Source: an uncultured Spirochaetota bacterium
Lineage (GTDB): Bacteria; Spirochaetota; Spirochaetia; SZUA-6; Fen-1364
Assembly: GCA_963781885.1 (NCBI GenBank)
Contig: CAWAHW010000004.1
Location: 128,001 to 192,000, forward strand
DNA length: 64,000 bases
Direction: 5' to 3'
Positions 1-8,871 of this stretch are shown here, one piece after another (within the stretch, counting starts at the first letter, position 1; each line of letters starts with the position of its first letter). The notes below the pieces were generated by a model. It did no database searches and was not told the DNA's origin. It worked only from the letters and a program-made list of their open reading frames with translations. A program made the translations under genes and the position numbers.

Positions 1-639
1 TCCGAAATCGTCCGGCCCGGTCCAGCCGAGGGAGTAATTGAGCGCCTCGTTGTCCGGCAGCGTGTTGAACATGTGCAGGGGGATGCCGGCCGCGTTGATC
101 TTGCGGGCCTGCTGGATGCCGGCCTTGGCGTCGAGCGGGATGAGAAGGATCATGTCCGGCTTCGCCGCGATGGCCTGATCGATGAGCTGGTTCTGGACGT
201 TCAGGTCCCAGTTCGGGGAGAGGGCCTTGAAATTCCATTTGTATGCATCCGCCACCTTCTTGGCGCCGAGGATGCAGGCCGTGGTCCAGGGATGATCGCC
301 ATGGACGATCATGATGACCGTTTTGCCAATGGCGCCGTCACCGGGCGATTTCGGGAGGTTCGTCGGGGTGACCTTCCAGCCCGCCCACTCCATGTCATAG
401 AAGTGCATGACATTGGTCATGGGGAGCGCATTCGGGTCCGCGGGCCGGGCCGGCACCGCGGCGGGGGCGGGCGCGGACGAGACGAGCGGCTGACCGTCGG
501 CGGACTGCAGCACCCTCGTGTCAACGGCGAGCGAGGCCTTCAGGTTCGCCTGTTGGGCGGCCGTCAGGGTCTGGCCGAAAGCCGGCGTGACGAGCGCCAC
601 AAGGGCGAGCACGACCACAAGGAACGGGAGTCTTTTCAT
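1..639 (-). CDS. Sugar ABC transporter substrate-binding protein (3' part runs off the window)
   Basis: Manual translation from ATG at 639: MKRLPFLVVVLALVALVTPAFGQ (signal peptide)...QNQLIDQAIAAKPDMILLIPLD...WTGPDDFG, RbsB/Peripla_BP_4-like; AGGAGG RBS upstream; follows two permeases and an ATPase. Confidence 0.85.
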   Translation of the reverse strand, partial: MKRLPFLVVVLALVALVTPAFGQTLTAAQQANLKASLAVDTRVLQSADGQPLVSSAPAPAAVPARPADPNALPMTNVMHFYDMEWAGWKVTPTNLPKSPGDGAIGKTVIMIVHGDHPWTTACILGAKKVADAYKWNFKALSPNWDLNVQNQLIDQAIAAKPDMILLIPLDAKAGIQQARKINAAGIPLHMFNTLPDNEALNYSLGWTGPDDFG

Positions 640-729
640 CAAACTGCCTCCTTACATATTTCCATCCGGTTTTCGCCCCCCTGTCACGGTACTCCGTGAC
701 GTTGGGCGTCCCGGAAATGGTCCGGTGGT

Positions 730-1776
730 TTACGAGCCCGCGGCTTTCCTTCCGCGGGCCGCCGACGCGCGCTCGGCAAGCTCTTTCATGAGCTCGGGCC
801 GCTGCCCGAGGCTCTTTTCATGCCGGTAGACGGCATACGCCTCGTAGAGGACGACGTAGGCCAGGATGAGGCCGGCGAAGAAGATCTTCACCTCGTTGCC
901 GAGGCCGAAGAGGATGATTCCCGTGTACAACATCTCGAGGGTCATGATGGCGACGATGCTCCGCAGGACGCCTCCCTTGCCCCCCGACATTGCGGTGCCG
1001 CCGATGATGGTGGCCGAGATGACGTACATGAGCGAGTTGTCGCCAAGGTTCAGCGTGGCGGAGGTCGAGACGAGGACCGAGACGACCCCGCCGATCGCGG
1101 CCATCGCGCCCGAGAGCACGAAAGCGGCAATCAGGTAGCGGTCCGTATTGATGCCCGCGAGCCAGGCCGTCGTGCGGTTGCCGCCCACCATGTAGAAATT
1201 ACGCCCCGCCCTCGTGCGCACGAGAATCAGCTCGATGACGATCACCAGCGCGAGCATGATGACGATGCGCGGCGTGACGAGGGGCAGGAAGTTTTTACCG
1301 AGGAAATCCGAGATCGCGAACGCCTGGTCGTTGGAGACGCTGATCGAGTTGCCGCCCGAGAACTGGTAGACCGTTCCGCGGAGGATCGTCATGGTCCCCA
1401 GCGTCACGATGAAGGAGTTGATCTTTGCCTTGGCCACGAGCACACCGTTGAGAAGCCCGACGAGTGCGCCGCCGAGCACGGCCACCACGATGGCTGCGGG
1501 AAAGCCGAGGAGAGGCTCGAGGCCGAGGGCGAGCGCGCCGGAGAATGTGACGACGCTGCCGATGGAAAGGTCGAGCTGGCCGCAGATCATCACCACGGTG
1601 AAGCCAATGGCCGCCGTCGCGTTCAGCGCGATTGCGTTGAGGATGGCGGTGAAGTTGGAGACGGTGAAGAACTTCGGCGCCAGGAGGGACATGAAGGCGA
1701 AAACGACGACGAGGAGGATGTAGATCCTGTACTTGTCTCCCAGGGCGAGGAGGTTGTTTCGTGCCGCCTTACGCAT
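730..1776 (-). CDS. Sugar ABC transporter permease (RbsC/BPD_transp_2 type)
   Basis: Hydrophobic ORF with LDLSIGS, SFIVTLGTM and IIGGTAMSGGKG motifs. Confidence 0.9.
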   Translation of the reverse strand: MRKAARNNLLALGDKYRIYILLVVVFAFMSLLAPKFFTVSNFTAILNAIALNATAAIGFTVVMICGQLDLSIGSVVTFSGALALGLEPLLGFPAAIVVAVLGGALVGLLNGVLVAKAKINSFIVTLGTMTILRGTVYQFSGGNSISVSNDQAFAISDFLGKNFLPLVTPRIVIMLALVIVIELILVRTRAGRNFYMVGGNRTTAWLAGINTDRYLIAAFVLSGAMAAIGGVVSVLVSTSATLNLGDNSLMYVISATIIGGTAMSGGKGGVLRSIVAIMTLEMLYTGIILFGLGNEVKIFFAGLILAYVVLYEAYAVYRHEKSLGQRPELMKELAERASAARGRKAAGS

Positions 1777-2785
1777 CGTCCCTCCCGAGCCGCCGGAGCG
1801 ACAGCGCGTTGACGCCGACCACGATGATGAAGATCGCGCCGCGGACCATGTCCTGGGAGAAGGTATTGATGCCGATGAGCGTCATGATGTTGTTCAGGAT
1901 CGCGATGATGAGCGATCCGCCGAGCACGCCCAGGATGGTGCCCCGTCCGCCGGCGAGGGTCATGCCCCCGATGACGATGGCCGTGACGGCCTTGAAATCG
2001 TAGCCGGCGCCGTTGTACCAGGCGCCCACGCGCGCCAGGGAGGTGACCGCCAGACCGGGCAATGGTCGCCGTGAAGGCGGCGAAAACGAACGAAATCATG
2101 ACGGCGCGCTCGACGGCAATGCCGGACAGCTTCGCGGCGCGTATCGACGAGCCCGTCATCTTGAGCTTGACGCCGAACGACGTGCGCGTCAGCACGAACT
2201 GACCCACCACGACCAGAACGAGCAGGATGACGAGCGGCAGGCCGATGAGGTTGAAGAAGCGGAGACGGTAGATGCTGTCGAAAAGGGCCACCGCGTGCTG
2301 CTCGGAGCCCACCATGTCGGGGTAGATCTGCTTGTTCACCCACACCAGGCGGATGACGCCCATCGTCACGTAGTTCACCGCGAGGGTCCAGATGATGGGG
2401 TTGGCCTTGAACTTGCCGACCACGAAACCGTTGACGATGCCGATGAGCAGGCCGACCGCCAGGGAACCGACGATGGCAACCACGAAGCCGTAGCGGAGGA
2501 GCTCGATGCAGATGTAACCGGTGAAACCCATCGTCGTCGGCGCCGACATGTCGGCGTAGTTGCCCGAATACGTCACGAAGGCCATGCCCACGGCCACGAT
2601 GCCGACGAGCGCCGCGGCATCGACGATGTTGAGCATGTTCTTGGCGGACAGGAAGTTCCCAATGGCGCCGGTGGCCTGGAGCAGCGCGCCCAGGATGAGG
2701 AAGAGAAGCGCGATGCCATACACGCCCGCCGTGTTCATGATGGCTCGAGAAGGGATCCCGTCCGGAGGGTGCGCGCGTCGCTCAC
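1769..2785 (-). CDS. Second sugar ABC permease, split by an apparent frameshift near 2060
   Basis: N-part in ORF 1623..2822 (NYADMS, ANPIIWTL) joins C-part 1769..2062 (AIVIGGMTLAGGRG); start codon uncertain (2785 or 2738). Confidence 0.8.
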
Positions 2786-4306
2786 CGGCAGGCCCCGCGA
2801 CTGGTGTCGCCATTGGCGGCAAGGAGGAGGCTCTCCTCGCTGCATTCGCTGTAGAGCACCTCGCGGATGAAGTGGCCCTTGCGCATGATCATCACCCGGT
2901 CGGAGAGGCCGACGAGCTCCGGCAGGTCAGAGGAGATGAGGATGACGGTGCAGCCTTCACGCGCGAGCTTCTCGATCGAGGCGTGGATGGTCATCTTGGC
3001 GCCGATATCCACTCCCCGCGTCGGCTCGTCGAGGATGAGGACCTTGGGCTCGCTCGCCAGCCACTTGGCAAGGAGGACCTTCTGCTGGTTGCCCCCCGAG
3101 AGGTTCGCCGACCGGCCGCGACGGAACCGGCGGGTAGATGGAGAGCTCGCCGATGAGCCGGTCCACCGCCGGCTTGCCGCGCGCCTTGGAGAAGACCGCG
3201 GCACGGGAAAGCCTGTCGACGATCGCCGAGAGGATATTGTCGTCAACGGGGAGCCTGATGGCGAGACCTTCCGTCTTGCGGTCCTCCGTGAGGTAGGAGA
3301 TGCCCTGCGCGAGGTAGTCGGCCATGCTCGACCCGCGCACGCGCGCACCGTCGAGCTCGATCGAGCCCTCGTCCGCGCGGTCCAGCCCGGCAAGCACTTT
3401 CGCAAGCTCGGTGCGCCCGGCGCCCGACAGCCCGCAGATGCCGAGGATCTCGCCGCGCCGCGCCTCGAAGCCGACCTCGTGGAAGAACCCGAACCGGGAC
3501 AGCCCCTTGACGCGGAGTCGCACATCCCCGATGGGGCGCGCCTCTCGCTTGTAGAACTCCTTCACCGACCGGCCCACCATCATCTGCACGATCTCCTCGT
3601 GGCTCGCTTCCCCGATGGGCACGGTCGCGATTTTTTTCCCGTCCCGCATGACCGTGACCCGGTCCGCGATCTGGAAGATCTCGGGAAGATGGTGGGAGAT
3701 GTAGACGATCGCGATCCCGCGGTGCTTCAGGTCGCCGATGATGGCGAAGAGCCGGTCCACCTCCTCGCGGGAGAGGGCGCTCGTCGGCTCGTCCATCACG
3801 AGGATGGAAGGCTTGTTCCCGAGCACCTTCGCGATCTCGACGAGCTGGGCCTCGTGCTGGCTGATATCCTCAATCGGAAGATTCGGGTCGAGGTCGAGAC
3901 CCACGGAGGCCAGGAGCTCCCGGGCCTGGGCCCGGGCGCGGGCCTTGTCGAGGAAGAGACCCCGGCGCGGCAGCCGGCCCGCCAGGAGATTCTCCGCGAT
4001 GCTGATGGGCCGCGCGAGACTGAGCTCCTGGTAGATCATGCCAATGCCGTGGCGCTTGGCGAGCGTCGGGGAGTGGAGCAGGGCGACCCTGCCTGCAATT
4101 GCGATCTCGCCCGTGTAGTCATCGAAGGAGCCGGCGAGCATCTTCATCAGCGTCGACTTGCCCGCGCCGTTCTCTCCGACCAGGGCGTGGACCTCGCCGG
4201 CCCGAACGTCGAAGCTCACGTCGTCGACGGCGATGGTGCCGGGGAAGCGCTTGCCCACGTGTCTCATCTCGAGCGCCAGCCCGGACGGCGATTCGCTCAC
4301 TCTCAC
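2782..4306 (-). CDS. Sugar ABC ATP-binding protein (RbsA/MglA type), frameshift near 3110
   Basis: GENGAGKST Walker A, MDEPTSAL; C-terminal LSGGNQQKV..LDEPTRGVDIGAK lies in the other frame (ORF 2782..3525). Confidence 0.9.
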
Positions 4307-4406
4307 TCTCCTTGAAGGGGACGCGGACGCGCCGCGCCCCCGGGGTCGGGGGATTGGTGGAGCAATCCTACGCCGCGTCAGCCGGACGTCGCAACAACAA
4401 AAACTT

Positions 4407-6146
4407 TCACTTTTGCTTCAAAGAATGCACGGGCTCGTCATCGCGGCAGGCCTTCGCCTTCGATTCTGATGGATAGTAGCCCTTGTATTTCTTGAACAGC
4501 GTGTAGAAGTAATTCACGTTCGTGTAGCCGATGCGCGCCGCGATGTCGCTCGCCTTGAGCGACGTGTAGCGCAGGAGATCCTCCGCCTTGCGGATGCGCA
4601 GCTCGTTGAGATAGGTGGCAAAGGGCTTGCCCACCGCCGTGTGGAACTGCCGTCCGAGGTAGGGGGCGGAGATGCCGAACTGCGCCGCGAGGATCTTCAG
4701 GGACAGCGGCTCGGCGTAGTTGCGCGTGACGTAGCGGATGATGCGCACGATCGGCGTCTCGGCCTGCCGCGCGCGCGCGAGGGCGCGAATGGCCTCCTTC
4801 GCCATGCTCATCATCCACTCCAGCGCGCGCCGCGGCGTCTTCTGGTTGAAGAGGTTCTTGTAGAGGCTCTCGTAGTCGCTGAGGAGCGCCTGCTCGTCCA
4901 GGTCGTTCAACTTCAGCACGTGGATGAGCGCGGAGAGAACCTCGATGGAAAAGCCGCTGAAGAACTCGGGGGTGACGAGCTCGGCCGAAAGCAGGCTTTG
5001 GTAGGAGTCCTCGAAGAATCGCTCCACCTCCTCCTCGCTGCCGGCCACGACGGCGCGCGTCAGGCTCTCGATGGAGACCGTGGAAAAGACGGGTTTCTTG
5101 GAGATGAAGTCGTCCACGTTCTCACGGGTGATGATGTGCTTGGGCAGGTAGTTGATGGGCTGCACGTCCAGGCCGCTGAACCAGTCGACGGCGATCTTCA
5201 TTGCCAGCGCGCCGTCGGCCTGCGCGGGTTGGAACGTGATGGCGTGCAGGCGGCCGGCCTTCACGTGGCTCATGCCCGTATGGGTCGATCCCGCTCCGAC
5301 GCGCACGATATCCTCGCGCCCGGCCGCGCGCAGGGCCTCATTGATCCCCCCCATGGCAATGTCGTCGTCGGGCCCCACGATGCCCCGTAGCTCGGCGCCG
5401 AACTGATGCAGCCAGCCCGTCACGAGCTGCGCCGCCAGGGCCGGATCGAATGTCCCCTCCCGGCTGCCCTCACCCATGGCGAGGCAGCGCATACGGGGCG
5501 CCACGGCGGCGAGCTCCGTGACGATCGACCACGTGCGCGCCTCGTAGCACGAGCTGCCCGGCATGTGGCGCACGATGGCGTAGCCGCCCTGGTGGCGCAG
5601 CCTCTCCGCGAAGCTGCGCGCGAGCATCCGATACTGCCCCCAGTCGTCGGGCCCGCACCAGGCGAGGATGAATCGGTACGCCTCCTCGTCGGGGATGAAA
5701 TTGCTCACGATGACGGGGATGGCGCGCGCGTGCAGCTGCTGAACCCAGCGCGTGCAGGCTCCGGAGCTGATGGGAACGAGGATCACGAGGTCCGTCTTCT
5801 CCGCGATGGCCCGCTGCACCTGCTCGTCCTGGCTCTCCATCGTCATTGCCCCGGCCAACGTGCGGAGATCCACGCCTGCCCGTTCGGCGATGCGGGTGAG
5901 GCCCTCCGCGAAGGCGACATGATAGGGATGCAGACCGGGCTGGAGGAACGTGACCCGCTTGCCCCGGGCTCCATCTCCGAGGGATTCCGGAATGCCGCAC
6001 TTCTGGATGCCCCACCCGGCGTACTCCTTGTCGTACCAATGCCGCGCGTCGGTTTTCGGGTACTGGGACGGGTTGCGTGGACGCGGGGGGACGTCCTTCT
6101 GCCGCGTATTCCACGATATGAGGAGCCGGTCGCTGCTTGAGAACAT
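4407..6146 (-). CDS. AraC-family regulator with N-terminal sugar-binding (periplasmic-BP fold) domain
   Basis: C-terminal AraC HTH (LSLKILAAQFGISAPYLGRQF...IGYTNVNYFYTLFKKYKG); N-terminal half is SBP-like with no signal peptide. Confidence 0.85.
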   Translation of the reverse strand: MFSSSDRLLISWNTRQKDVPPRPRNPSQYPKTDARHWYDKEYAGWGIQKCGIPESLGDGARGKRVTFLQPGLHPYHVAFAEGLTRIAERAGVDLRTLAGAMTMESQDEQVQRAIAEKTDLVILVPISSGACTRWVQQLHARAIPVIVSNFIPDEEAYRFILAWCGPDDWGQYRMLARSFAERLRHQGGYAIVRHMPGSSCYEARTWSIVTELAAVAPRMRCLAMGEGSREGTFDPALAAQLVTGWLHQFGAELRGIVGPDDDIAMGGINEALRAAGREDIVRVGAGSTHTGMSHVKAGRLHAITFQPAQADGALAMKIAVDWFSGLDVQPINYLPKHIITRENVDDFISKKPVFSTVSIESLTRAVVAGSEEEVERFFEDSYQSLLSAELVTPEFFSGFSIEVLSALIHVLKLNDLDEQALLSDYESLYKNLFNQKTPRRALEWMMSMAKEAIRALARARQAETPIVRIIRYVTRNYAEPLSLKILAAQFGISAPYLGRQFHTAVGKPFATYLNELRIRKAEDLLRYTSLKASDIAARIGYTNVNYFYTLFKKYKGYYPSESKAKACRDDEPVHSLKQK

Positions 6147-6586
6147 TGACTATGATGGATGATAGCGGAAGCCGCGGGAGCGCGCAATCGCGGCGGGTGC
6201 CGTCCGCGCGACCGGGCCCCGCCGGGGGGCAATACCTCGCCGGCGCGCTTGTCCCGCGTCGATTCCAGGGTCTGGCCGGCGTCGTGCTTGTTCCCCGCCC
6301 AGTCTTGGAGAAAACCAGGATCGTTTGGGCGATTGCTTCGGCAGGCTCATCGACATATCCGTGCGCATGCGTCTGGCGCTCAAGCGAGGATGTCGGTCTC
6401 CGTGAGCTCGCGCAACGGCGCGTCGACGGGATTTCGCCGCCGCCCCCAACGCCGATATGGCATTTGAAGCGTCATTTCTATAAGCCTTCAGCGAGCATCG
6501 GCGGAGAAGCTTTTCTTGCCGTCATGAATGGTACCCGTCGTGCCTTGGGGCCGGCATCAGGCGCAAGCACGTGGCCAAATAAAAAA

Positions 6587-6697
6587 GCCTGGCAACGACC
6601 TACTCTCCCACCTCAAGTAGCACCATCGGCGTGGCAGGGCTTAACTTCCGTGTTCGGGATGGGAAGGGGTGGAACCCCTGCGCCATGTCACCAGGCA
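6587..6697 (-). rRNA. rrf: Orphan, degenerate 5S rRNA copy
   Basis: Aligns by eye end to end with 19498-19613 but is about 5 nt shorter and has several substitutions; flanks also match the operon 5S flanks. Confidence 0.8.
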
Positions 6698-7045
6698 ATA
6701 TTCACACGAGGGATAGGGCCTTTTCGCTGTCCTGCGCGCCACGCAATTGCGCCCCTTTCGGGTCGCAAGGTGTCGCTGGGCCAGCTGGCGGGCTGCGCAC
6801 TTTTGCCGGGCAAAAGTGCTGGGGAAAGAAGTGAATGAATGTCACGGATGAGGGGAGTGCCCCTCGAGCGGACTAGCGGTGCGTCGCTCCACGCCGTCTT
6901 GCTCAAACAGCGCGTGGGCTATCTTCATCACTGATCACATTCTCAAGCAACGACGACTGCCACAGCCGATCCAGAGGAAGGCGAACGCGGATTCAATTCT
7001 CGAGAAGATCCGACAACCTCCTCAAGCTGTCTCGGAGTCGTGACA

Positions 7046-8854
7046 CTAGTTCCAGATCCGTGCCACGAAGCCTGCGCTGTGAGTGGTTCCATCGTTGTAT
7101 TGGTCGAAGAACCCACCCAACAGGATCCTGCCGTCACTTTGAACGGCACTGGACCAGACACTGGTAGCCTGGCCGGCATAGTTGAACCCACTGCCAGGGC
7201 TGAACGTGGCGTCGAAGCTTCCGCTGGCATTCAGGCGCGCAGCTTGACCGACAGGATGGTCGGTACCATCGCTGTAGCCGGTGAAAGCACCGCCAATGAC
7301 GATCTTGCCGTCCGTTGGCTGCACGGCGATCGTATAGACGACGTCATTTGCTCCCGTGTGGCCTGAGTTGAAGGAGGTGTCGAGGCTGCCGTTGGCGTTC
7401 AATCGTGCTATACGGCCACTACAGCTCGTCCCGTTGTAGGTCGTGAACCATCCGCCCAGGAGGATCTTGCTATCGCTGGGCTGCAGGGCAATCACGTAGA
7501 CCGTGGCGTTGGCTCCGGTGCCACCAGAATTGAAGGTAGTGTCGAGGCTGCCGTCGGCATTCAGGCGCGCCAGCCAGCCGACAGTGTGATCGGTGCCGTC
7601 GTTATAGCTGCTGAAGGCACCCCCTATGAGGATCTGGCCATTGCCCAGCACTTGAATCGAATTGACCGTGCTATTGGCTCCCGTGCCACCGGAATTGAAG
7701 GAAGTGTCGAGGCTTCCGTCGGCGTTCAGCCGCGCCAGATGGCCGACGGTGTGATCGGTGCCGTCGTTGTAGCCGGTGAAAATACCGCCGAGGAGGATCT
7801 TGCCGTCCGCGGGCTGCAGGGCGATCGTCTCCACGTTGTTGCCAGGTCCCGTGCCGCCTGAGTTGAACGAGACATCGGGGCTGCCATTGGTGTTCAGCCG
7901 CGCTAGAGCTGGACTCCCGGTACGACAACCAACAAGGATCTTGCCATCGTCCTGGACGGCAGATGAATCGAACCATGGCATCTTATCCGGCCAATTGGAA
8001 GAAGAATCAAACGAAGTGTCGTAGCTGCCGTCCGCGTTCACTCGAACAACACCGTTGCCAAGGTGCGTTCCGGTACTGTCTGTATAGCCGTAAAGCAGCC
8101 CACTGAAAATCAATTTGCCATCGCTCTGTATGACAATCGAAGATACATAATTGTTCGCCGTACCCAGGGAGGTATCCAGCATTCCCGGGTCGTTTTTAAC
8201 CAGGACGGTTGCAGAAGCGACGGATGAGTCGCTCATCCCGGATTTCACCGCGCAGGCCTTGATCGTCTTCCAACTCCCTTTCCCGTTCACCAGGACCGGC
8301 AAGGAGCTCTGAAATACGGGTGACGAAGCCGAAGGCGTTGAGCCATCAGTAGTATAGTGGATGACCGCTCCCCCGGTAGTGTCGTTGATCGTGACAGACT
8401 GATCGGTGGTATATACGCCGGAGCCGGGAAAGATGGACGGTGTGGAGACCTGGATGTAGTTGATTTTGTAGGTTGCACTTCCCACCCCGCTGGTCTTCAT
8501 CCCTGTCGCGGCCGCAATCGCCTTGATGGTCTTTACGGTCCGATCGCTTGCCACCAGGATCGGTGCGCTGTAGAGCGTGGAGGATGTCGTTGGCGTACTG
8601 CCGTCCGTCGTGTAGTAAATGGAAGCCCCCGCCAAGGAGCATGACAGCCCCACCGTGAAGTCTACGGTTGAGACATACTGCCCGCTCGCATCCGCGGTCG
8701 GGGTGAACGTGGGGGTGGCCACAGTCTGCTGCAGCCGCTCCTGCAGGTCGTTCAGCAGTGAATTGGGGTTGCAGGAGAGAAGCATGACGACTGCCGCCGA
8801 GAGAGCCAAAGAAAAGGCCGGGACCCCTTTTCGATACCGCGCCATCCTGCCCAT
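7046..8854 (-). CDS. Lipoprotein with two FN3-associated/CHB_HEX_C-like domains and delta-60-type beta-propeller repeats
   Basis: Lipobox VMLLSC; two IYYTTDGSTP motifs; repeated ARLNADGSLDTSFN...IALQP.DGKILLGG.FT units; start could be 8845, 8854 or 8875. Confidence 0.8.
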   Translation of the reverse strand: MGRMARYRKGVPAFSLALSAAVVMLLSCNPNSLLNDLQERLQQTVATPTFTPTADASGQYVSTVDFTVGLSCSLAGASIYYTTDGSTPTTSSTLYSAPILVASDRTVKTIKAIAAATGMKTSGVGSATYKINYIQVSTPSIFPGSGVYTTDQSVTINDTTGGAVIHYTTDGSTPSASSPVFQSSLPVLVNGKGSWKTIKACAVKSGMSDSSVASATVLVKNDPGMLDTSLGTANNYVSSIVIQSDGKLIFSGLLYGYTDSTGTHLGNGVVRVNADGSYDTSFDSSSNWPDKMPWFDSSAVQDDGKILVGCRTGSPALARLNTNGSPDVSFNSGGTGPGNNVETIALQPADGKILLGGIFTGYNDGTDHTVGHLARLNADGSLDTSFNSGGTGANSTVNSIQVLGNGQILIGGAFSSYNDGTDHTVGWLARLNADGSLDTTFNSGGTGANATVYVIALQPSDSKILLGGWFTTYNGTSCSGRIARLNANGSLDTSFNSGHTGANDVVYTIAVQPTDGKIVIGGAFTGYSDGTDHPVGQAARLNASGSFDATFSPGSGFNYAGQATSVWSSAVQSDGRILLGGFFDQYNDGTTHSAGFVARIWN

Positions 8855-8871
8855 TTTCCACCCTTCCTTCT

